DNA of 64,000 nucleotides from Thermodesulfobacteriota bacterium (GCA_965216785.1 OZ244197.1:2656001-2720000), one strand, 5' to 3'; shown: positions 21,015 through 29,532, counted from the first letter of the stretch. Notes: a model not told the origin generated them from the sequence alone. Numbers and translations: made by a program.

Positions 21015-21311
21015 TTATTCTTTATTTAGCGGTGGTACTAAGTAATAATCTGGATCTCTATGACCCTCGCGTCGGTTATCATTGGCAAACATCATATAAT
21101 TGACATTCCCGTCTTCTGTTGTCTCCGCATAATCAATGACCTTTTGTAAATCTTCCTTTGTCATACTGACGGAGAAGTATGGCATATCGTATCCATCTCT
21201 AGCGTATAACCAGGCCGCACCCCAGGTTATAAACTCCTTCTTATCATCTTTAACATGTTTCACCTCTTCCTTAGCCGATATCCGAAAAAATGACCTTTTT
21301 TTCTTAGACAT
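21015..21311 (-). CDS. Hypothetical protein with DUF736-like motifs
   Basis: GAAW...G..PYFSV and F.N.N...DPDY motifs; AGGA RBS. Confidence 0.6.
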   Translation of the reverse strand: MSKKKRSFFRISAKEEVKHVKDDKKEFITWGAAWLYARDGYDMPYFSVSMTKEDLQKVIDYAETTEDGNVNYMMFANDNRREGHRDPDYYLVPPLNKE

Positions 21312-21481
21312 ATCCTATTCCTCGCTTGTTTATTTTATTCAGTATATGACATATTCAACTACTTTATATCACCTACTGAACAATATTATTCATAATTAGT
21401 AGTCGTAGAATTTAGATGGTATTAATCCAGGATACTTTAAACCAAATTTGATTGATATTATCACCCATCCATCTAATTCAA

Positions 21482-21534
21482 CACAACAAAATGTGTTATA
21501 AATACATAGAACCACAATATGTTGTGTTTGTCAA
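21482..21534 (-). promoter_or_regulatory. Tandem NrdR-box-like operators overlapping a sigma-70-like promoter
   Basis: CACAACAAAATGTG (21482) and CACAATATGTTGTG (21513) 31 bp apart; minus strand TTGACA-N17-TTCTAT. Confidence 0.5.
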
Positions 21535-21809
21535 GTATTTTTCACAAATTGTGGTAGATTAGTGTAAATATCTAATGCAATGTCTGAACATATGAAAACA
21601 ATTGAAGATTAAGTGAAAATAATATGCTCAATAAGGGAAAAGGCTATTAAGTCAATATAACCCGCGGCTAGTTATTAACTTTATTAAACACGTCTACCCC
21701 CTATATATAATTAATATATATACACGGTTAATATATGGGTATTCATGATTTAACTGTAAGCTTAATGTTTAATAATAACTGCACGTTTATTAAACGTAAG
21801 TATTTAACC

Positions 21810-22009
21810 TTTACTAATGAAAAGAAAAACATATGTTTAATAAACATACGTACTAACAAGTACCTACATGTATCTAATAGTTAATACATACGAACTAATA
21901 GTTAATGCGTATGTATTAACTGGTAATACATATGATAAACTAGTAGAATAAGTGGTAAACCAGTAGAACTTATGGTAATCAATTGGTAGTATTCTTTTCA
22001 TTTAGTAAA
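21810..22009. repeat. Degenerate ~21-bp tandem repeats enclosed by a 17/18-bp inverted repeat
   Basis: TTTACTAATGAAAAGAA (21810-21826) vs TTCTTTTCATTTAGTAAA (21992-22009); inner units such as ACATACGAACTAATAGTTAAT and GCGTATGTATTAACTGGTAAT. Confidence 0.6.
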
Positions 22010-22678
22010 AACTGGTATATATGTTAATACATGTGTTATGTAGTAACCAATGGTTATGTATTAACTAGTTATTAGGCCCGGATTAATCATTACTGGATTA
22101 AATAAAGCTTATTGACCTTTAAACAAATATAATTTACTAGACCCTGATTACCATTTAACTATTTAGCATCCATGTACCCTTATCAACTCATGATTAATCG
22201 TTGAAAAATCCGCATAATAGACATTCTGTGCATAATATTGGGAATTAATTATCATATATTTATAGATGGTTACAATACACACTTAAAGTAATAATCTCTT
22301 GCTTACTATGTGGAATTTAGTAGATTATGATAATTGTATATTAATACCGGATAACTATTCCCCCAATACTTGTATATGTTATATATAAAGTATATAGTAT
22401 ACTAATCCACGGGCTGGTGGTAGAGTAGCTGGGATGGATAATTTACCCTTTATGGCGGGCTAATCTATTATGAGCATTTGATAAATGTGGATTAGTATTT
22501 AATAGAAAACAATGTTCTTAGACATTAGATGACAATCTACTAACATAAACCAATAATGACCTATTCCCTTATGATTTATATTCAATCATCTCTTTATCCA
22601 GCCTTAGACTAGCTGTACAATTGTTTATGAATATTGTACAATGCTTGTCAATTATTGATTCTAAAGGAGAATGGATAA

Positions 22679-23950
22679 ATGAATAGACTTAAATTATTCT
22701 TACCTATAGTAGCTTTAATATTTATTTTTGCGCTGCATCAACAACCTGCAAACGCCGAAGATATAACTCCTGTAATCAGGCAATTAACAAACTTCGATAG
22801 TGACGTTCTCCCAGGCAGAAGACCTGTAAGCCAGGACGGGTCGTTGATAGCGGCAAGTAGCGGTGAAAATATTAACGGCGGTAACCCGGATGAGAACGGT
22901 GAGATATATTTATTTCACGTACCTGTTTTATCTATCCGTAATATTGATCAAATAACCAATACCTCTAACTGTTTCAACTTCGATCCCACTATAAGCGGCG
23001 ACGGAAACATAATAGCTTTTATTTCAGACTGTGATATTACGGGACAAAACCAGAATAACCTTCAGCAGGGCTTCTTCTTTAATAGGCTAAGCGGTCAGTT
23101 CACCCAGTTCACGAATAATACGAATGGAAATGTTTCAATAATTGTGATAAGCAAAGACGGCTCGACTATCGCAATCAGATCAACCATGAACATAAACGGC
23201 GGTAATCCGGATTTCAGCGATGAGATTTTCACCTTTAACATTAATAGCGGGACGCTAACGCAGATTACTATGTCTAATACTGACAGTACTGATCCGGATA
23301 TAAACGCCGACGGGTCTGTTATAATTATGAGATCGCGGGCCAACTTCACGGGACAGAACCCGACAAACCGAAACCAGGTTTTTAGATACGACGGAAATTT
23401 CCAACAAATCACAAACATTACCACGGGAACTACAACTCTCCCATCGGTAAACGACGACGGGTCAATTATATCGTATGGCTCAAACGGGGACGTTCTTTTA
23501 CCAAACCCTGGATTTATTCATCGGATTTACTTGTACGACAACAATACAGGTACGACCACGCAAATAACCAATAACAATACCGGGAGCTCTAATATCCCAA
23601 CCCTTAGCGGTGACGGCAAGAGGCTGTTATTCAAATCGAACGGTGATGTATTGGGACCCGGTAACGGCTTTGATCAGCTTTTCTTATATGAGATGGGCGT
23701 AATTACTCAGCTCACGAATTTTACCGGCGCTGAAGTTGATAATATATTTCAGCCTAGTATAAGCTGTGACGGAGAGTCTTTTGTTTTCGGTGGGAACGTA
23801 CCAGATAGTAGAATTCAGCTTTTCAAGGGGCTATTCGAGGTTCCGGTGAGGCCTATTCCTACCCTTTCAGAGTGGGGTCTAGTAGCTATGGCTGGAGTAT
23901 TGGGAATCGTAGGTCTACTAGCTATTCGCAGAAGAAAAGCACGGATTTAG
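22679..23950 (+). CDS. IPTL-CTERM sorted surface protein with TolB/PD40-like beta-propeller repeats
   Basis: Signal peptide; repeated TQIT....P.ISGDG..IAF units; C-terminal RPIPTLSEWG-TM-RRRK. Confidence 0.9.
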   Translation: MNRLKLFLPIVALIFIFALHQQPANAEDITPVIRQLTNFDSDVLPGRRPVSQDGSLIAASSGENINGGNPDENGEIYLFHVPVLSIRNIDQITNTSNCFNFDPTISGDGNIIAFISDCDITGQNQNNLQQGFFFNRLSGQFTQFTNNTNGNVSIIVISKDGSTIAIRSTMNINGGNPDFSDEIFTFNINSGTLTQITMSNTDSTDPDINADGSVIIMRSRANFTGQNPTNRNQVFRYDGNFQQITNITTGTTTLPSVNDDGSIISYGSNGDVLLPNPGFIHRIYLYDNNTGTTTQITNNNTGSSNIPTLSGDGKRLLFKSNGDVLGPGNGFDQLFLYEMGVITQLTNFTGAEVDNIFQPSISCDGESFVFGGNVPDSRIQLFKGLFEVPVRPIPTLSEWGLVAMAGVLGIVGLLAIRRRKARI

Positions 23951-24009
23951 TAATTCATAATTCCCCCTTATCTATCCTCCTCCTGCAGGCAATTAGGGGG
24001 GAAGCTGGT

Positions 24010-24035
24010 ATGAGGGGAGTTTTGGCTCCCCTCAT
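24010..24035 (+). terminator. Hairpin downstream of the IPTL-CTERM gene
   Basis: ATGAGGGGAG-ttttgg-CTCCCCTCAT perfect 10-bp stem. Confidence 0.55.
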
Positions 24036-24091
24036 TAAAATCCATCTGTCGACCTATAGCTGGGCCTAATCAACTGATGAGATATATAGCG

Positions 24092-24323
24092 CTATTCTAC
24101 TATTGAACCCCCAGTAACAACATGATAAATTAGATACTTACGCAGGAGGCATATGCATTAAAAGTGTCTAACCATTATCTAACCATTCAATCGTATTTAG
24201 TTAATGTGAGGTCTTATGCTAGATAATTTATCAAGTGTTAACAGCTCATTAGCTGACCAAATATTAGCTAATATCTCACTCGTAATGAGCAGGTCATCGG
24301 TTCAATTCCGATCGTCGGCTCCA
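24092..24323 (+). repeat. Right end of element 1 including att core (copy 1 of a 232-bp direct repeat)
   Basis: Matches 26375-26606 with one visible mismatch; ends in the 49-bp tRNA-Thr fragment; contains tandem TCTAACCATT repeats. Confidence 0.92.
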
Positions 24324-24563
24324 GTAAATACTAGGACTTTCTCCGACTCACGGCGAGAACATCTAGGGCTTTCTACCCATTGTCTACCAACTAGAACCTC
24401 TTGCTTTAGATGACAACCTACTATTATTAACTAATAATTGCCCATTCCCTTTTGATTTGTATAGTCAGTTATCCCTTTATCCAGCCTTTGACTAGTGTTT
24501 ACATTGACCTACACATGTAGTAGAATAGCTACAATATTTTTGTTTAAAGGAGGATATTAAACA

Positions 24564-25322
24564 ATGTTTACAACCAACAGACTTTATTTATCAGTGTTAT
24601 TAATAGCTGTGTTAGCAGTAGTTCCAATATGGTCAGCTAGTGCACAGGATCCGGATCAAGTAGACAGTGTTGACCCATTATTTATCGATCATTTAAACCT
24701 AATCAGTGAAATGACAGTTCCAAATGTGCTCATTGAGTTTGACGACATGCCGCAGGGACCCACAACAATCGAAGATATACTGAACACATTCCCCGATTCA
24801 TGTCTTGGGAATATCACTATCACATCCAAACAGCCACCCTTTGTAGGATCGTCTGGTATATATAATTCTAACACAGGCGGTGGTAGAGCGCTTGCCTTAA
24901 ATCCCGATAATTCAGGTGGTTTATATCTTGTAGATCCGGGGGGGCTTTTTCGCCCGAATGATGACATAGTTATCGATTTGATTGTGCCTGTTAGACAGAT
25001 AGGAATTGAATTAGGCGACGTGTCTGGGACAATGAGTGCTGAGTTTTTTAACGGCGCCGTGTCTCTTGGAACTATTGGCTTACCTATAAGCTCAGTTGAC
25101 AGGACCAATACAATAGAAAGTGATATTGCATTCAATCGCGTTGTAATATCTTCACCATTTGCACCTGATCTTATTGATTTTGTAATGCCCTCTGTCAGAG
25201 TACAGTTGTGTAATTTCGTAAGACCTATACCGACGCTTTCCGAATGGGGTCTAATAGCTATGGCAGGAGTATTAGGAATAATCGCTATTTTGGCTATCCG
25301 CAGAAGAAAGGCAGCTGCCTAA
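24564..25322 (+). CDS. IPTL-CTERM sorted surface protein
   Basis: Signal peptide; C-terminal RPIPTLSEWGLIAMAGVLGIIAILAIRRRKAAA; AAGGAGG RBS. Confidence 0.9.
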   Translation: MFTTNRLYLSVLLIAVLAVVPIWSASAQDPDQVDSVDPLFIDHLNLISEMTVPNVLIEFDDMPQGPTTIEDILNTFPDSCLGNITITSKQPPFVGSSGIYNSNTGGGRALALNPDNSGGLYLVDPGGLFRPNDDIVIDLIVPVRQIGIELGDVSGTMSAEFFNGAVSLGTIGLPISSVDRTNTIESDIAFNRVVISSPFAPDLIDFVMPSVRVQLCNFVRPIPTLSEWGLIAMAGVLGIIAILAIRRRKAAA

Positions 25323-25356
25323 TCGGCAACCAACTTATACAATACAATTTAACTTT

Positions 25357-25383
25357 AAAAAGGGGAGCTTCGGCTCCCTTTTT
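25357..25383 (+). terminator. Rho-independent terminator
   Basis: AAAAAGGGGAGC-TTCG-GCTCCCTTTTT. Confidence 0.85.
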
Positions 25384-25539
25384 AGTTTGGTTTTAATATC
25401 TATAAATCCAACTTAAATCCTTGTTGACATATGGGGTGCTAGACAATTATTGTAATATATTAATATTGTGTTGGTACACATTGGTTACAACTTAAATTTG
25501 ATTGTGCATGAATAAGTAATACTTACATAAGAAGGAGCT

Positions 25540-26265
25540 ATGATTATGAGCAATCAATCAATGGTTATTGGAAATGAATCTGCAAACTGTAGAAAATCTA
25601 ACTGGTGTAGAATCACTACAATTTTATCCATTTTATTACTAGGTATGTATATCGCATCACAGACTGTATTGGCAGCAAACCCGACGGATCCAGAGTGGGT
25701 ACTGAAAGCCAACTACGTAGATGCTTGCAGTTGCGACGTGGCATGCCCCTGTATCTTCGGTCAGCCATCAACTCACGGTTATTGTAAGGGTGCAACATTG
25801 GTGGAGATCACAGAAGGATATTATGGCAAGGTCGACCTAACTGGTGTGAGTGTTCTGGCTGTGTACAACAGTGGCAAATGGATTAAATTTTTTGTTAGTG
25901 AGAATGCAACCAAAGAACAGACAGATGCAGTAGTTGAATTCCTCCCGGTCGCTGAAGGTTTCTTTAAAGCTCCTATCCGCGAAGTAAAGAACCAGCCAAT
26001 ATCAGTATTACGTACAAGTGACAAAGTGAAAATTTCTACTGAAGAGACTCTAATCGAGTTAGAGCAGATACAGAATGCCAACGGAGACCCAATCAAGGTA
26101 CTAGGATTACCTGCTCATGGATTCCCGGGCTTGCCCTATCTTGACCATACACAATATAAAACAGTAACATTGGTACATGATAGTGAAAAGGAAAAATTCA
26201 ATTTTTCTGAGACCAATGGGTACACAGCAAGGATAGATGCTTCTAGCGATTCGAAAGAGCAATAA
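25540..26265 (+). CDS. DUF1326 family protein (Cys-rich, probable metal binding)
   Basis: YVDACSCDVACPC...HGYC...ITEGYYGKVDLTG motif. Confidence 0.8.
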   Translation: MIMSNQSMVIGNESANCRKSNWCRITTILSILLLGMYIASQTVLAANPTDPEWVLKANYVDACSCDVACPCIFGQPSTHGYCKGATLVEITEGYYGKVDLTGVSVLAVYNSGKWIKFFVSENATKEQTDAVVEFLPVAEGFFKAPIREVKNQPISVLRTSDKVKISTEETLIELEQIQNANGDPIKVLGLPAHGFPGLPYLDHTQYKTVTLVHDSEKEKFNFSETNGYTARIDASSDSKEQ

Positions 26266-26374
26266 CTAAAGATCTAAATTACGTGTTTCTACCAAACTAT
26301 TAGATCCAGTCGACTCAAACATCCATTTCTCAACCCTTATACAGGCCTAACCAATTTAGTAAGAGTTACTACCC

Positions 26375-26606
26375 CTATTCTACTATTGAACCCCCAGTAA
26401 CAACATGATAAATTAGATACTTACGCAGGAGGCATATGCATTAAAAGTGTCTAACCATTATCTAACCATTCAATCGTATTTAGTTAATGTGAGGTCTTAT
26501 GCTAGATAATTTATCAAGTGTTAACAGCTCCTTAGCTGACCAAATATTAGCTAATATCTCACTCGTAATGAGCAGGTCATCGGTTCAATTCCGATCGTCG
26601 GCTCCA
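26375..26606 (+). repeat. Right end of unit 2 including att core (copy 2 of the 232-bp direct repeat)
   Basis: Matches 24092-24323; tRNA fragment at 26558-26606. Confidence 0.92.
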
Positions 26607-26713
26607 TTGTTTATAGTAAGTTACACCACATTTAGATACTGGCTCACGGATATTATCTACCCAACTCACTGTTATTCATGCCTACTGAGAATCTTACACG
26701 GGAGGCAAAACTA

Positions 26714-26899
26714 ATGGCTACACTAGTCCACAAGTATAAGAGTTACTATGGGGATTTAATCTATGGCCTATCATTCGGTACCTGTTGTGGAATCGTAAGA
26801 CCAATACCGACACTTTCTGAATGAGGTCTAATAGCTATGGCAGGAGTTTTAGGGATAATTGGGTTACTGGCACTCCGAAGAAGAAATCAAACAGCATAA
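26714..26899 (+). pseudogene. Chimeric remnant: integrase N-terminus fused in frame to an IPTL-CTERM tail with an internal stop
   Basis: Reads MATLVHKYKSYY-GDLIYGLSFGTCCGIVRPIPTLSE*GLIAMAGVLGIIGLLALRRRNQTA*; upstream 26607-26713 is homologous to the integrase leader 16342-16460. Confidence 0.85.
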
Positions 26900-26968
26900 A
26901 CTGAAAGAATAAATCTGATCACACAAACGGGAACAGTACACTCAAACCGATAAAGAAAGATAAGAGCA

Positions 26969-28645
26969 TTATCTTTCTTTGCCCCTCTGCCGCAAATATT
27001 TATCGATATCCTCCACATTCTTTTGGTTAAATTTCTTAAAAGTCGTAAAGCCGTCGCTCGTCATTAAAATATCGGTCCTGTTCCATACGGCTAAATTGAC
27101 ATCCCTGTCCGATGTTGCGGATAAATTGTCTTCGAGCTGTTTCAAAATCTCAGGGGATAGAGTATCTGTACCGATGGTCTCGACTAAAACATACCAAGAT
27201 TCGCCCTTTGGCCTGTGATGAATGTTTATCGGGATAATATTGCTGTATTGTTCAAACTCTCCTAATAACGCTTCATCGATCTCACCCCTCAATCGTTCTT
27301 CCTCCTCTGTAAAGCCTGCGTAAATGTAGCCGGGAAGAAGGTCTCCGCTCGCATCGGAATAGGTAATTTCTTCATTTTTTATAATGAGGCTCATCTTTGG
27401 GTTTTGCATTTTACTTCTCAGGTCCTCCTGAAGCTCCCCTATCTCGCTCTCCGTAAGATTCCTATAGCTCTGTATTGTAGCGACAACGGTCGGCCCGCGG
27501 AGCAGTTCAACATAGTCTACATCTACGAGCGACATACCGTGCCAGTGGGTAAACCTTTCTATAAGCTCTTTCTCGATTACATTCACGGCTTTTTTCCAGT
27601 CGGTAAGCGATTCCTTAAGAAAGAATCCATCGAGGTTCTGTCTGATGACGTTCTCGCCCGACCCAATAGCGCCAACGTCTTGAGCAAGTACATTCCTGAA
27701 TATAAGCTCTGTAGGTTTCTTTGTCTGCTCTTCGATATTCTTCTGCACCGCTTCGACCTGATAGGGCGTTACCGTCCTCGGACTCTTTATATTTGCCAAT
27801 ACGTACAATTTCCCATTTTCCTCGTCGTAAATAAAACCGTCGAGCGATGTTGTATGAAGCTCTATCATTGCTGATTCCAAAATGTTTTTAATGGTGTTGC
27901 TCAAGTACCTCTCCTGGACAATCTCGATAAGTGAGTAGGTAAGGAACACGCATACGGCTAGAAATCCGATAATTGCCAGACCAAAACGCCTGAGCAGGTC
28001 TTTGGTCGAGACCGAGATCCACCACGGGGAAAGGCCTGCAAGCATGAACGTCGTACCGGCAACTAGCAGTATCGACAGGAAATTTGCAAAAAACAGCATA
28101 AAGGAGCCGAATGCCCCGTAGTAATAGCCGAGCGAAACGCATATACCGGTATTTGATAACGGAGGCACAATGGCTGTAGCTATCGCAACGCCGGGGAGAG
28201 CCGGACTCAATTTTTCATCTATCATAGCATACGCCCCTGCAAAACCGGCCAGTACCGCTACCATAAGATCGAGCAGGGTGGGCTTGGTTCTGGCGAGCAT
28301 TTCAGGGGTTGCTGCAAGCTCCAGAGGCAAAAATCCGATCAGACCCGCAGAAACAATCGCCAGTATGGCACCCAGAATTACTGAGCGCAGGGCTGTGGCC
28401 AGAAGACGGGGTTTGCCTATGACTATGCCAAGGGTGATGCCTATTATGGGGGTCATAAGAGGCGAAACCAGCATAGCTCCGATAATGACCGCAGTGCTGT
28501 TGGATATAAGACCGAAGGCAGCGATGAGTGAAGCAGTGGCCAGAAGAGCGTAGAATCTAAAGCCCGGCTCTGACCCGGTACTGATCTCCTCAATTATTTG
28601 TTCTTTACGCTGCTCAGATACCCTGGTAAAAAATTTAGTAATCAT
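26969..28645 (-). CDS. DUF389 (TIGR00341-like) membrane protein with a large C-terminal soluble region
   Basis: STAVIIGAMLVSPLMTPI, RTKPTLLDLMVAVLAG, LPGVAIATAIVPPL. Confidence 0.88.
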   Translation of the reverse strand: MITKFFTRVSEQRKEQIIEEISTGSEPGFRFYALLATASLIAAFGLISNSTAVIIGAMLVSPLMTPIIGITLGIVIGKPRLLATALRSVILGAILAIVSAGLIGFLPLELAATPEMLARTKPTLLDLMVAVLAGFAGAYAMIDEKLSPALPGVAIATAIVPPLSNTGICVSLGYYYGAFGSFMLFFANFLSILLVAGTTFMLAGLSPWWISVSTKDLLRRFGLAIIGFLAVCVFLTYSLIEIVQERYLSNTIKNILESAMIELHTTSLDGFIYDEENGKLYVLANIKSPRTVTPYQVEAVQKNIEEQTKKPTELIFRNVLAQDVGAIGSGENVIRQNLDGFFLKESLTDWKKAVNVIEKELIERFTHWHGMSLVDVDYVELLRGPTVVATIQSYRNLTESEIGELQEDLRSKMQNPKMSLIIKNEEITYSDASGDLLPGYIYAGFTEEEERLRGEIDEALLGEFEQYSNIIPINIHHRPKGESWYVLVETIGTDTLSPEILKQLEDNLSATSDRDVNLAVWNRTDILMTSDGFTTFKKFNQKNVEDIDKYLRQRGKER

Positions 28646-28769
28646 ACCGTTTATCGCACATGCTATATGATATAATAATTATGAGATTCAACATAATGCA
28701 CACTTTTAATAATTACATAGGTGTCATCTAATTCAATACTAAGAAGGTTAAAATCGCTCAAAAATTCAA

Positions 28770-29459
28770 ATGGGGACGGAAAATGATCAGGGACTTAATC
28801 TTGCTATAATACTCGAAGGTTTCGAAGGCTTCATCCTTATTATAGTTTGTACATTATTCTGGCCGATTCTACGCTATATTCTCCGAAACATAGGAACAAC
28901 CCTAGAAGAAAGAGAAAGGGAGTGGCCCGGAGATACACTACTTGAACGAGCTGACCGGACTTCGACACGCGCAATTAATATAGACACTAACCCCCATAAT
29001 ATTTGGCCCTGGATTGTACAGATAGGCCGAGATAAAGCGGGGTTCTATTCTTATGAATCTGTTGAGAACCTAGCCGGACTCGATGTAAAGAACCGGGAAA
29101 CAATAGTACCCGAATTCCAGACTTTGAGAGAGGGGGAATTTATATCCCTTCATCCAAATGGTCAGGGTGTCTATGCGGATAAAATAAAACCTAATGAGCA
29201 CCTTATATGCAGGGACTGGAAAGATGATTCAAAGATCGAGGAGCTAAGACCAGTATCCAAAAAAACATGGTCATTTTACATAGTTCAAGTCAATACAGAT
29301 AGATCACGGCTCATTATAAGATCATGCGAAGAGACATTGCGCCCAGATTTCCTTCACGTTCTCGTAACACTTTTATTTATGGATCCTATTGATTTTGTGA
29401 TGGAGTATAAAATGCTTCGTACAATCAAACGGCTGACCGAGGGTTGTGAACTAACATGA
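28770..29459 (+). CDS. Hypothetical protein, SRPBCC-like conserved family
   Basis: TRAINID....IWPWIVQIGRDKAGFYSY..ENLAG and FVMEYKMLRTIKR motifs. Confidence 0.7.
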   Translation: MGTENDQGLNLAIILEGFEGFILIIVCTLFWPILRYILRNIGTTLEEREREWPGDTLLERADRTSTRAINIDTNPHNIWPWIVQIGRDKAGFYSYESVENLAGLDVKNRETIVPEFQTLREGEFISLHPNGQGVYADKIKPNEHLICRDWKDDSKIEELRPVSKKTWSFYIVQVNTDRSRLIIRSCEETLRPDFLHVLVTLLFMDPIDFVMEYKMLRTIKRLTEGCELT

Positions 29460-29532
29460 AATTTCTCCAAAAAACTGAACATAAGAATAAGGGCTTTAGA
29501 GCACCTAACATAAACAATATCAGATAGTTAAA

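Larger units (their letters stand above)
16293..24323. mobile_element. Integrative element 1 (about 8 kb, AT-rich) inserted in tRNA-Thr
   Basis: 49-bp direct repeat of the tRNA 3' part at 16293-16341 and 24275-24323; integrase next to the tRNA; visible shift to AT-rich composition. Confidence 0.9.
24275..26606. mobile_element. Integrase-less unit 2 (about 2.3 kb) bounded by two att copies
   Basis: 49-bp tRNA fragments at both ends; carries only an IPTL-CTERM gene and a DUF1326-like gene. Confidence 0.8.

Noticed and set aside
21850-21990. Possible CRISPR array in the periodic AT-rich stretch
   Set aside because: Units are contiguous and degenerate with no unique spacers, and no cas genes are in the window.
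21863-22001. About 45-aa minus-strand ORF (MKRILPIDYHKF...) spanning the 21-bp repeats
   Set aside because: No RBS, and an open frame is expected from a repeat period divisible by three; noted but not called.
24275-24323. Possible additional tRNA genes here and at 26558-26606
   Set aside because: Only the anticodon arm to CCA is present; the 5' acceptor strand and D arm are missing, so these are att copies.
16461-24323. Calling element 1 a prophage or a defence island
   Set aside because: No structural, packaging, lysis or recognisable defence genes could be identified from the translations.
24216-24413. 65-aa ORF MLDNLSSVNSS... and its twin at 26499-26714
   Set aside because: Both read through the duplicated att region and tRNA fragment; their shared N-terminus simply reflects the 232-bp repeat.
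26822-26824. TGA recoding (Trp or Sec) in the integrase-IPTL chimera
   Set aside because: TGA is used as a normal stop throughout the window, and the chimera lacks a signal peptide; a nonsense mutation is the simpler explanation.
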